This document shows, piece by piece, positions 26,547 to 37,000 of a stretch of DNA of 64,000 nt. The DNA comes from an uncultured Candidatus Saccharibacteria bacterium. Its GTDB lineage: Bacteria > Patescibacteriota > Saccharimonadia > Saccharimonadales > JACDBH01. The notes under the pieces are model-generated. The model searched no databases. It was given only the letters and a program-made list of their open reading frames with translations, and was not told where the DNA came from. Positions within the stretch are counted from its first letter, which is position 1, and every line of letters begins with the position of its first letter. The stretch is taken from positions 6,190-70,189 of the forward strand of contig CAZXYN010000004.1 in assembly GCA_964644965.1 (NCBI GenBank). The letters are read 5' to 3'. A program made the position numbers and the translations under genes.

Positions 26547-27127
26547 AGCCAGTTTGTGCGCACATAAGCCTCTAGACTCGAGAATAAATCATTTTCTTGG
26601 TTACCCTGCATAATGGCTCGTCTGATTGATCTAGATGAGATATGACGGCGCTTTGTTTCTACCGTAAAGCCTTCCGGCTGTAGCTTGACGAGCATCTCCT
26701 GGATTGCTACCTGCTCTAACTCACTCCTGACACCCACAACAAGCTTGAACTGAGTTAGCAGCTGCTCATACCCTGGCCACTGCTCACGAGCCTCTTCGGA
26801 GCTAAGCATCGCAAGTACATCTGACCCAACCAGCATATGAAGTGACGCATCGCCAAACTTCGCCCTCAGTCTGGGTACAGTCTTCTGCATGCTGAATTGT
26901 TTGTCCGGAAGTTCTAGTACTTGTAGCTTCTGATACGGACGTAGCGCTAGACGAAGCATGGCTACTCGGTGTGCATAGTGAGTGACCCCAGATTTACGGC
27001 GTGGCATAGCTTCTGGAATAAAATACACCGTGTCCAAATCTGCGGTTTCGATTGAGCGCAGCGCAAAGGCAACATGTCCGGCGTGTACCGGATCAAATGT
27101 GCCAGAGAATATGCCAATTCTTGTCAT
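26516..27127 (-). CDS. nadD: Nicotinate-nucleotide adenylyltransferase
   Basis: The motif is IGIFSGTFDPVHAGHV (nucleotidyltransferase HxGH). The 3' end overlaps the convergent antiporter gene by 31 nt. Confidence 0.8.
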   Translation of the reverse strand: MTRIGIFSGTFDPVHAGHVAFALRSIETADLDTVYFIPEAMPRRKSGVTHYAHRVAMLRLALRPYQKLQVLELPDKQFSMQKTVPRLRAKFGDASLHMLVGSDVLAMLSSEEAREQWPGYEQLLTQFKLVVGVRSELEQVAIQEMLVKLQPEGFTVETKRRHISSRSIRRAIMQGNQENDLFSSLEAYVRTNWLYVSPATNNS

Positions 27128-27247
27128 AAATTTTCAAACGTTCCAATTCTCAATTCACATTCAAATTCCAATGACTCAATTTTTAAACAGTTTGCATCAT
27201 TGCAGTATTGATATATTGAATGAAAATTAGAAATTGAAAATTGAAAA

Positions 27248-27418
27248 CTACACATCTTGGGGCAATCCCTCACAACACTTACTTTTGTAGTGGCATTGTG
27301 GACATTCGAAATGCCCGTGCACCGGAACGATTGGATAAAATTCACAATTATCACAGTAAAATTCAGCAGAACGTTCCTTCTGCACTTGCTCCAAAATCTG
27401 CTGCTCTTCGTTGGTCAT
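27248..27418 (-). CDS. Unannotated 56-aa Cys-rich zinc-ribbon mini-protein
   Basis: I translated this myself as MTNEEQQILEQVQKERSAEFYCDNCEFYPIVPVHGHFECPQCHYKSKCCEGLPQDV, which contains two CxxC pairs. It is below the ORF-track cutoff. It starts 9 nt after the upstream stop. Confidence 0.45.
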   Translation of the reverse strand: MTNEEQQILEQVQKERSAEFYCDNCEFYPIVPVHGHFECPQCHYKSKCCEGLPQDV

Positions 27419-27427
27419 ACTCACATT

Positions 27428-27631
27428 TTACCTTGATACAGTGGTTTCACAAGCCGGACAGGAGATGGTTGTTGGCGTCAGAACAGCATCAACTAATTGC
27501 TTACAAAAAGGACAGGTCACGCACGGCATACGGGTTGGATCATCGGCTGCAATTCGATCATGATCGATACCACATAGTCCGTCACATTGTGATTTCTGAT
27601 GTTCGTATTGTTCGGTGGTTAGATGGCTCAT
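27428..27631 (-). CDS. 67-aa zinc-ribbon mini-protein
   Basis: It carries the motifs CDGLC, CVTCPFC and CPAC. It overlaps the upstream gene by 4 nt. Confidence 0.55.
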   Translation of the reverse strand: MSHLTTEQYEHQKSQCDGLCGIDHDRIAADDPTRMPCVTCPFCKQLVDAVLTPTTISCPACETTVSR

Positions 27632-29070
27632 TTTGATTTGCCCGTTGTCTGCTTTGATTCAAAAGCATCACAGTTTCCGCAGTACTTATTTACCCTGCTC
27701 TTATTATAAGCGTAGATGATGGACTTTGAACCACACTTACAGCTGCGCTCTTTGTCCTTAACCAATGTATCACCCGGCTTGGCGCCAACTTTTTCTGCCA
27801 GTCTCTTGCCGTCGGCGCTAAATGGATTCACGCTCTCAAGACCACAGCTACCACCACTGCAAAAACCACCACCCGGAGCCTGTCTCTCTACTTCTTGCAT
27901 CAGTGAGAATGCTTCTTCATACGCACCTTGCATTTGCAGCTGATTGACCTGGTGTAGACCCTTGGCAGTACGTTCATCAAACATCTGCTCAGCAACACCT
28001 AGGTCCTGCCTGGCTATATCAAGCAGTAGTTTTTTCACAAAATCTTCGACATGCACTGGTGCTTTTCGCTTGTCAAAACCTTCCTCTGCTAAATCCAGAA
28101 CGAAAGAAGCGACTGTGTCAGCTGTGTCAGCTAGTCCTTCCTGTCGAACTAACGCATCTGCCCTGAAATTTTCATAGTCTTTCTCATATCCGTCTGGTAC
28201 GACTTCACCCATAAAGATATTTGTGCACCATTCTTCACCTGCTACTTCATCGAGCTGACGGGCAAAGTCCATCAAATCATCATCTACAAGCAGCTGATTG
28301 CCATGAAGCTCGGTCTTGTCCATGTGAACAGTCTCGACACCACGTCGTCTGAGCGTCTCTTGGATTACCCAGTGGCTTATGTATATGCCCGGCAGGCCAA
28401 TCTGTTCCTGCAGTCTATCGCCTGTATCTTGATCAAAGCGCATATCGCGGATCATGACCTTTTCAATCTCTGGCACATAGCCGTCATAACCTCTGTGAGG
28501 CTTACCTTCGCTCATATCATATCGATAATCATTGATAGCTTTGTCAGTACATTCAGAAATTGTTCTGATACCAAACTGCGCCATGGCAAATGAGCCAATT
28601 TTGCGGATAATTCGAGGGGTCTCGTCTTCTACCCGTTCGTTCACCCGCCGTACTACTTCCTCGTGGCTACCACCAATCGGACGGAGCGCGTTCTCTGTCA
28701 TCTGACGGATAGACAAGCCATGTGAATAAAAATCACCAGTCTCCTCATCAAAATAATGCCGAGTAGCCGGGAAATATTCTGGACGCTTCTTGCGAAACCA
28801 TTCTGCTGTCAAACGGCGACAATCAAGCCGCAGACCTTCGAGCCGCTCGGAATATTCCTCGCTGTTTGCGCCAAATATATCCCGCGCTTCCACAACTCTC
28901 TCGGCAGTAGAAAGCGCATCCAGAGCAAGGGGCAGCTCCGCATCATGGCCCGATTCATGTAACTGTTCACGCCTGCGCACAAGCTGCCAAGCTTCACTAC
29001 GAACTTGCTCGCGTTCTGCTGCAAGCTCAGGGATTGTATCAACAGAGATATAATTGGTGGCTTCGGACAC
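27628..29070 (-). CDS. Hypothetical 480-aa protein with a C-terminal Cys4 zinc ribbon; first gene behind the riboswitch-like leader
   Basis: The start codon is GTG. The C-terminus reads CKCGSKS...YCGNCDAF. I recognise no family. Confidence 0.7.
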   Translation of the reverse strand: MSEATNYISVDTIPELAAEREQVRSEAWQLVRRREQLHESGHDAELPLALDALSTAERVVEARDIFGANSEEYSERLEGLRLDCRRLTAEWFRKKRPEYFPATRHYFDEETGDFYSHGLSIRQMTENALRPIGGSHEEVVRRVNERVEDETPRIIRKIGSFAMAQFGIRTISECTDKAINDYRYDMSEGKPHRGYDGYVPEIEKVMIRDMRFDQDTGDRLQEQIGLPGIYISHWVIQETLRRRGVETVHMDKTELHGNQLLVDDDLMDFARQLDEVAGEEWCTNIFMGEVVPDGYEKDYENFRADALVRQEGLADTADTVASFVLDLAEEGFDKRKAPVHVEDFVKKLLLDIARQDLGVAEQMFDERTAKGLHQVNQLQMQGAYEEAFSLMQEVERQAPGGGFCSGGSCGLESVNPFSADGKRLAEKVGAKPGDTLVKDKERSCKCGSKSIIYAYNKSRVNKYCGNCDAFESKQTTGKSK

Positions 29071-29072
29071 TT

Positions 29073-29101
29073 AAAAACCCTCTGCTTCCGCGAGCAGAGG
29101 G
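29073..29101 (-). terminator. Attenuator (expression platform): CCCUCUGCU-cgcgga-AGCAGAGGG followed by U5, ending 2 nt before the GTG start
   Basis: The minus strand reads CCCTCTGCTcgcggaAGCAGAGGGTTTTTaaGTG. The only Shine-Dalgarno candidate (GAGGG) forms the 3' arm of the stem. Confidence 0.7.
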
Positions 29102-29103
29102 TT

Positions 29104-29270
29104 AGTCCATCCCAGCCTTACGAGTTGCCGTGATGGTTTTTGCTCCTGCTCGGGAGACCCCGGTAGTAGAACAAGTTCACTACGGGGCTTGCTTTAATGC
29201 TGTGTCGGGCTATAACCGTAGCGGCACTGCGGAGGAATTTCACCTCACTTCCAGCTTGTTTGTTAATACT
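29104..29270 (-). promoter_or_regulatory. Cobalamin-riboswitch-like aptamer
   Basis: The minus strand contains AAGCUGGAAGUGAGGUGAAAUUCCUCCGCAGUGCCGCUACGGU, which matches the conserved core GGGAAxxxGGUGxxAAxUCCxxxGCxGxCCCGCxACUGU. It also contains CCCGAGCAGGAGC, which resembles the B12 box CCCGAxGCCAGGAGAC. This is a by-eye match only. Confidence 0.5.
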
Positions 29271-29459
29271 TAAGAGTATAGCCCAATTAGCACCACACTA
29301 GATATAGTGTTTTTTACCTCGTTTGTACCCCAGGAGTTGTGCTGTCTGTACTCTGGTAGCTCTGCTACAAGCAGCTATTTGGCCGGTGTATCTTAATACA
29401 CCGAGTGTTTGAGATATTACGCATCTAAAATCTAGAGACATAATTTGCCGTATATTATC

Positions 29460-29489
29460 ATTATACCATAATGCTTAAGCTTTTGTCAA
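29460..29489 (-). promoter_or_regulatory. Promoter TTGACA-18-TATAAT, upstream of the riboswitch leader
   Basis: The minus strand reads TTGACAaaagcttaagcattatggTATAAT, immediately after the stop of the 222-aa gene. Confidence 0.55.
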
Positions 29490-29490
29490 G

Positions 29491-30159
29491 CTAGCGGACA
29501 CTGAAGCTCTTAAGCGCACCAACGAGTATACTGTCGTCTGGCCTAATATTGTGATCCTCGTAGTAGAAAAAGAAACTATGCGTTCCGGCGCTACCTGTCA
29601 TTTTGGTAGCAATACCACTGCCCTCTGTGCCGGTGCCAATGGTCTGATTAGCCTCAATTGGATCGCATATGAAGAGTATGTTCTCCCACTTGGCTTCAAC
29701 AGGTGCATTGCCATTAGATTTTTGTGCAAAGTCTATACAGTTGCCTGATAGATTTCCGAGCTGAAGCTTTTTGTCGTTTGGTCTGATTGGCTGCAAGCGA
29801 GTAATCTTATACGACTGCGGTAATGTATCTATGTGCAACAGAAGCCTTCGTTCGTTGCCACCCTTTTTTGACGAATGCCATTCGTAGTAGTTTGCAGCTC
29901 TTGTCTGTACGCGATTTGTTTGCGCCCAGTCATCTGGTAGCTCAAGCGAAAATAACGGCTCGTTGATGAGAATTTTGTTGCTGTCGTTTTCTTTTACCTC
30001 TGTTACTATCGGCACGGTAGTTTTCTTGTCAGTACCGGTTGACAGATCCTTGTGCAGAATAAACGCCACCGCAATCAGGGACAAACCAAGCAACACCGAC
30101 GCGTGCAAAAACACTTTCGGATTACTTTTTCGTTTTGGCTTCTTCCCATGTTGATACAT
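29491..30159 (-). CDS. Hypothetical membrane-anchored protein (222 aa)
   Basis: It has a basic N-terminus, one TM segment and an extracytoplasmic domain. Confidence 0.6.
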   Translation of the reverse strand: MYQHGKKPKRKSNPKVFLHASVLLGLSLIAVAFILHKDLSTGTDKKTTVPIVTEVKENDSNKILINEPLFSLELPDDWAQTNRVQTRAANYYEWHSSKKGGNERRLLLHIDTLPQSYKITRLQPIRPNDKKLQLGNLSGNCIDFAQKSNGNAPVEAKWENILFICDPIEANQTIGTGTEGSGIATKMTGSAGTHSFFFYYEDHNIRPDDSILVGALKSFSVR

Positions 30160-30209
30160 GCTTATGCTTTATTTTAACGCAGGATTGCATGAGGTGCTAA
30201 CACTTATGG

Positions 30210-31019
30210 CTAGTCGAGCATGCCCGTAGCTATCAGCACCAGAATCAGTACCCCAAAACCAATGCGGTAATAGGCAAACGGCTTGAAGTCATGTTTTGAC
30301 ACATAGCGGAGCAACCAACCCACAACGATCAGGGCAGTAATAAATGAAGCCACGCTGCCGGCGACTAACGCAGCCATGCCACCGGAGACCGAAGAAATAT
30401 CATCTGTTAATAGCTTATAAATACCAGCTACAAGTAGTATCGGAATCCCTAGATAGAAAGAAAAAGTTGTCGCCGTAACGCGGTCTAGCCCAGTCAGCAG
30501 CCCTCCCATGATTGTGGCGCCCGATCGTGACACCCCAGGAATTAGAGCAATAATTTGATAGCAGCCGACGAGTATGGCCTGTTTTGTGGTGAGCGTGTCC
30601 AGCTGGGCATCTTTTTTGGCTGGCGGTACTTTGACGTATGCTTCTATCAGCCACATAACAATACCGCCAATAATCAGAGCCAGTGCTACGGTCAGTGATA
30701 TGGCGTAGGTATCGAGTGTCGCATCGAATAACAGACCCGTGAGCCCCGCTGGTATCGTAGCAATAACCCATACAAACCAAAATCTCCGGGCTTTTTTGTC
30801 GCCATTTATGAGTCCTTTGACCAGCCCTAACAGATGCTGGCGATAAAACCACATGACTGCCGCAATCGCACCCATCTGGATGACAACCGTAAACATTCGA
30901 CTAGCGTCATAGAAATCTAGGGCGTCAGCCGCAACGATTAAGTGTCCGGTGCTAGAGATTGGCAGAAATTCTGTCAGCCCTTCGACTATTCCTAGTATGA
31001 TAGCGTTTAAAATTTCCAT
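30210..31019 (-). CDS. uppP: Undecaprenyl-diphosphatase
   Basis: The motif is GLTEFLPISSTGHL, and the protein has a BacA-like 8-TM layout. Confidence 0.9.
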   Translation of the reverse strand: MEILNAIILGIVEGLTEFLPISSTGHLIVAADALDFYDASRMFTVVIQMGAIAAVMWFYRQHLLGLVKGLINGDKKARRFWFVWVIATIPAGLTGLLFDATLDTYAISLTVALALIIGGIVMWLIEAYVKVPPAKKDAQLDTLTTKQAILVGCYQIIALIPGVSRSGATIMGGLLTGLDRVTATTFSFYLGIPILLVAGIYKLLTDDISSVSGGMAALVAGSVASFITALIVVGWLLRYVSKHDFKPFAYYRIGFGVLILVLIATGMLD

Positions 31020-31062
31020 TATTCCTCCTAGTGTAGCGAAACTTTTTGGCTCTACCTAGCCT

Positions 31063-34000
31063 TTATTCATCCTTGTGGATGCCGTATGGCGAGTGGTCTT
31101 TTGATGATTTGTGACGCTTTTTGAGCACGAACAATGTTACGGTAGAGCCGATTAACAATAGTAGGCTTGCCCACCAGATTGGTCGATTGATGACTGTTTT
31201 TACAATTCTAGTTACTGCCGAACCAAGCCCACGATTGTCACTGGCTGCTTCGGCCTGAGGTTTCGACTCCTCTTTTGTCTCTTCTATTGGAGCCGTTATT
31301 GGAAGTGGATCCGGTTCTACCGTGCCATCGCCCTCAGGCAGCGGTGGTGCTGGCGTGCTACGAACACCAAACAGCCCAAACACTGAGAAGCCCGATGTTT
31401 GGCAGCTGACAATCCTGGCTGTGGCATTCACTTGGCAACCTGTTAATTGCTGCCAAGCTGTGCCGTCGTGTCTAAATATTGCTAGGCTTGATACGTCAAA
31501 ACCAGCAGCATCGTCTGAGCTGTAGCTGATCGATACTGTCAGAACACCGTTGAAACTAGTAGTCAAGACATTACCTGCCTTTATGGCTTTAAGGTCATAA
31601 ATATGGCTACCGACAAGTACTCTGCCAGTTGGCTGGCCAATGCCGCTGAGGGCTGGAGCCGGAGACAGCTGCTTGACCTGAATATCGGTCGCTTCGTCTA
31701 CCGCGCCAGCTGGGACTTGGACCTGCAAGGCGGCCGAGCCGCTATTCAGACTTGCCTGACCGCCACCCACACCAACCGATGCGTGAGCCTGGTTCATGAT
31801 AGCCGCGTTACCAGAACATGCCGTTGTCGTGAAGCTGCCAATGCCGCTGATGGCTTCGTTGTCAAGCTGGTCAATGCTGGCGACTCTAAACTGGAATGTG
31901 CTACACGGTGGCAAATTCTGTAGCAGAACGCTGTGTGTTGTTACCCGTGGGCTGGTGTTACTCTCTACCGTTGTCTCGCTGAACGAACTCCCTACCCCGT
32001 ACAGAACCCGTGACGAAGCTATCTCATTGGTCTTCCAGGTGATAACTGCACCGGCGCTACCTGGTGTTGCCGAGATCATAGTTATAACTGGCGGCGTATT
32101 GTCGATGGATACCGATGAGCTGACCCAGGCGGATTTGTTACCAAGATTATCAACCGCCCGAACCCGGAAGTACCAGGTGCCAAAATCTAGCTCAGCTACA
32201 TGCGTAAATGTTGGATCGTTGGTTGTCCCAGCAGTAACACCACTGGAGAAATTGCTAACACTAGACCACTGGATTTCGTAAGCTGGGTCGTCCAGCCCTA
32301 CTCCTGCGTCATTACTAGCCGTCCATGTCCAGGTTGGGGTTGAGTCCTTGGTTGGAGTGTTAGTCTCTAGATCGGCTGGCAAGCTTGGCGCAGTGGCGTC
32401 AATCTCGACCGTTCCGTAGGCAGACCAGGCCGATGCATTGCCAGCATCATCTTCTGCATTTACCCGGAAGTACCAGGTGCCGTCAGACAGGTTGCTCGAA
32501 TGAGTAAAGCTTTCGCTGTCATGAGTCTGAGTAGTGACACCAGCTATAAAGTTGCTGTCCTGCGACCAGGCAATGTTGTACGGCTCAGGTCCAAAACCAA
32601 AACCAGAGTCAGAACTCGGTGTCCAAGTCCAGGTTGGGGTTCTGTCGCTGGTTGGAGTCGGAGTAGTACTTGGTGTACCTGGCGCTGATGGCGCATCGGT
32701 GTCGACGTAGACAGCACCGTTGCCAGACCAGCCAGACTGGTTGCCAACATCGTCAACCGCCCGAACCCGGAAGTACCAGTTACCCTCTGGTAGACTGCTG
32801 CCGTGGGTGAAGTCAGCACTGTTAGAGGTGTTGCTGCTAATTCCAGATATGAAATCTCCGTCCTGCGACCACTGCACTTCGTAAGCTGGATTATCTAGTC
32901 CGACGCCGCTGTCGGTGCTAGCCGTCCAAGTCCAGGTTGGGGTGTCGTCGTTGGTTGATGCACTTCCAGTGCTTGGTGTGCCCGGTACTGTCGGAGCGCC
33001 AGAATCTACGATTACTTCGCCGCTGGCACTCCAGGCAGAGGTGTTGTCTATATCATCGCTAGCTCGGACTCGGAAATACCAAGTGCCGTCAGACAGGTTA
33101 GAAACGTGAGTAAAATTATTGCTGTTGGTCGTGCCAGAACTTATGCCGCTAGCGAAGCTGCTGCTCTGTGACCATTGGACACTGTAGGTAGGGTCGCCTA
33201 ATCCAACGCCGCTGTCGGTGCTAGCCGTCCAAGTCCAGGTAGGAGTCTGGTCGTTGGTTGGCGAGGTTGTGCTAGGCAGACCTGGCACATCCGGAGCAGT
33301 GGCATCAATCACCACATTGACTGTCGTAGAAAAGGCAGATTGATTCGCAACCACATCCTCAGCGCGGATTCTGACATACCAAGTGCCGTCGTCAAGATTA
33401 TCATTGTGAGTAAAGCTGTTGGTGTTTGCAGAGTCAGAGAATACTCCCGACTCAAATGCATCATCTTCTGACCACTCGATGTAGTAGGCAGGATTAGCCA
33501 GGCCTGAGCCGCTGTCAGTACTTGCCGTCCATGTCCAGGTTGGGGATTGATCACTAGTTGGACTAGGTGTAGTTACTGATCCAGGTACACTTGGAGCTGT
33601 TGTGTCTATTAGCACACTGCCGATTGAGGAGTAGAGCGAAAATGTGTTTGTCTCATCCTCTGCCCTAAGTCGGAAGTACCAGATGCCGTCGGCTAGACTA
33701 CCTGGCTGAGTGAAGGCATTTGTAGCGCTGGTGTCGGTCGAAACACCACTCAGGAAGCTGTTGTCCTGCGACCATTCGACATGATACGGCGGGCTAGCGA
33801 GCCCTGCATCTGCTGTGCTGGCTGTCCAGTTCCAGGTCGGCGTAGTGTCAGTTGTCGGTGTAGTGGTTGTAGGCGAGCCTGGAATTGTTGGGCCGGCGGT
33901 AGATACGAGTACACTGCCTGTAGCTGCATAGGCAGAGGTGTTGTTTAGACCGTCTACTGCCCTAACCCGGAAGTACCAGGTGCCGTCGGCCAGGTCGTCA

Positions 34001-37000
34001 GTGTGCGTAAAACCATTGGTGTTTACGGTGTCAGAGAATACTCCGCTGCCAAAGGTGTTGTCTAGTGACCACTGCAAGTCATAGGCAGGATTACGCAAAC
34101 CCACGCCGTTATCGGTACTAGCAACCCATGCCCAGGTTGGGGTGTTGTCGTTGGTTGGAGTCGGCGTACTCGGTGTGCCTGGCACACTCGGCGCAGTGTC
34201 GTCTACTTCTACACTGGCAATTGACGAGTTAGCTGATTCGTTATTCACTTGGTCAATCGCCCTAACTCGAATATACCAAGTGCCGTCGGCCAGACTTGCA
34301 CCGTGGGTGTAGCTATTAGTTGTACTGGTTGATGATTGGACACCAGACGATAGGTCGCTGACCGTCGACCACTCGACAATATATGAGTTTGTCGCTAGCC
34401 CCGAACCGGCTCCGTCAGAGCTGGCAGTCCAAGTCCAGGTTGGGGTATCGTCGTTAGTTGGTGTGGTGGTCGATGGTGTACCCGGAGTCGTTGGTGCAGT
34501 GGCATCGACAAACACACTGCCAGTACCACTGTAGGCAGAAATATTACTGACATCATCCACTGCCCGAACTCGGAAATACCAGGTGCCGTCTGCCAACGGA
34601 TCTGGATGGGTAAAGCTATTATTAGTAATCGTGTCGGTGGTAACGCCAGACAAGAAATCAATATCCTCAGACCACTCGATCATATATGGATCATCAGCAA
34701 GTCCAACACCAGCGTCAGTACTGGCTGTCCAGGTCCAGGTTGGCGTATTGTCCGCCGTTGGTGTGGTGGTCGATGGTGTACCCGGAGTCGTTGGTGGATT
34801 GATATCTACAATCTTGCTGCCTTGATTTGACCAGGCTGATTGATTGCCGACTGCATCCACCGCCGCAATTCGAACATACCAGGTTCCATCAATCAGCTCA
34901 TCGCTATGGGTGAAGCTATTGGTAGTGCTGGTATCTGTTGAAACGCCACTTACGAAAGTATTGTCCTCTGACCACTCAACTACGTAAGCATTGGTTGCTA
35001 GCCCAACTCCACTGTCTGTACTGGCTGTCCAGGTCCAGGTTGGCGTGTCGTCGTTCACGGGGTCAGAAGTGGTTGGGTCGCCTGGAACAGTTGGCGCCGT
35101 GGTGTCGATATTTACCTCGCCATTAGCAGAGTAGCTAGAAGTGTTGTCGGCAGCATCGGTAGCTCGAACTCGGAAATACCATACATCCTCTGCAAGCGGC
35201 ACCGAGTGCGTAAAGCTATTGGTACTAGTCGTGTCGGTGCCATCAACTGAGCTAAATGTCTCATCAGTTGACCACTCAATTTCATAAGGGGTTGCCGCTA
35301 ATCCAACACCAGTGTCATCTGGAACTGGCCAGGTCCAGGTTGGGGTAGTGTCATTGGTAGGCGTAGTGGTAGATGGGGCATCAGGAGTATCTGGGGCGAC
35401 CGTATCAATTGTGACAGAGCCAGCCGTAGAGTAGGCCGACTGATTCGATAGCGTATCGCGAGCATTTATACGAATATACCAGGTGCCGTCTGCCAGTGGT
35501 CCAGGATGTGTAAATGTAGTCGAAGCTACAGAGGTACTTCCACCAATACTAGAGAAGTTAGAGGTATTCGACCATTGGACAAAATACGGGGTTGGCGTCA
35601 GCCCGACACCAGTATCAATGCTTGGATCCCAGTTCCAGGTAGGCGTGTTGTCGTTGGTTGGGTTGGTAGAATACGGCTGACCTGGCAGTGACGGCGGCGT
35701 GGTGTCAATCAACACACTGCCGTTTGCCGACCAAGCCGATAGGTTTCCCAGCGCATCGGCTGCCCGTACCCTAAAGTACCACGTATTGTCCGCCAAAGTT
35801 GTTGGATGCGGATAGGTGTTAGTTGCCGAAGTATCAGACGAAACACCGCTAGAGAAGCTTGAATCAAGCGACCACTGCACAGTGTATGGCACCGCAGCCA
35901 GGCCAGCACCGCTGTCTGTTGGTGGTGACCAGCTCCAGGTCGGCTGATTAAAGTTAGTAGGCGATGACGTGTATGGTGCCAGAGGTGTTGTCGGACCGGT
36001 GGTGTCAATCAGATGGACTGCACTAACCTGCCAGTTTGAGTTATTTCCTAACGTATCAGCAGCCCGGACACGGAAGTACCAGTTGCCGTCGTTCAGGTTA
36101 CTGCCATGTGTGAAGCTTGTATTATCGGTGGTTGCCGAGCTGACACCACTGAGAAAAGTGTTGTCTATTGACCACTGCAACGTATAAGTTGGGGAGCCGA
36201 GGCCTGCGCCGACATCACTACTCGCACTCCAGGTCCAGGTTGGTCTTTTCTCTGTCTGCGAACTTGCCGTCGATGGCACGCCAGGATCTGTTGGCGGTGT
36301 TACGTCCAGCTGGAATGCAACCGCGCCACCGTTAGCGGTTGCGTAACTAGACTCGCGTGGCGTGCTATAGTTATCAATTCCCTTTACCCGCCAATAGTAG
36401 CTGGCCGTAGCCAGCGACATGCCGTCTGACCCTGCTATGTAAGTATCATCAGAAACGTTCTGACCAACCGTGTAAGTACGAGTCCCTTGATCACCAATAT
36501 CAGAAATATAATCTACTTCTGGTGATGAAAAATCACTATTATCATCAATCTGTATCTGGAAACGCATATCATCAGCGTTGTTTTGATCAAACAATTCAAA
36601 CGACAGCGTTGGCGTGCTGTCACCGACAAAACCGCCGCCGACAAAGCTAGCCGTACCGAGGTTGGTTGGTGTCTCTGGAGGGACATTTATTGTCCAGTTG
36701 ATGTTGTTACCAGAGTCAGTGATGTTGGTGTCTGTAATATCGACCGGGCTGGCATTGACGTTGTTACTGTCCATGACATCCAGGTAGCTAATGGTCTCTG
36801 TCCCAGATGGATTAATGTTCCAGTGCTGTCCATCAACACTTGAGCGGAGTGACAATAGCTCTCCAACCGCACCGTTAAGTGTCAGTTGATTTGTAACCAC
36901 GGTTGTTGAGCCTGCGGCGAATTCAAGTGTGGCTGCACTAGCAACCTGCTTTGTTAGGTTATAAAAAGTTGTCGAACTCTTAATCCGCTGATCACCGCCA

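Noticed and set aside
32100-36310. Periodic DNA repeats that could suggest a CRISPR array or a satellite.
   Set aside because: The period is about 300 bp with no short direct repeat and spacer organisation. The whole region is one uninterrupted ORF encoding homologous protein domains. The REP palindromes elsewhere are single, dispersed copies and not an array. No cas genes are present.
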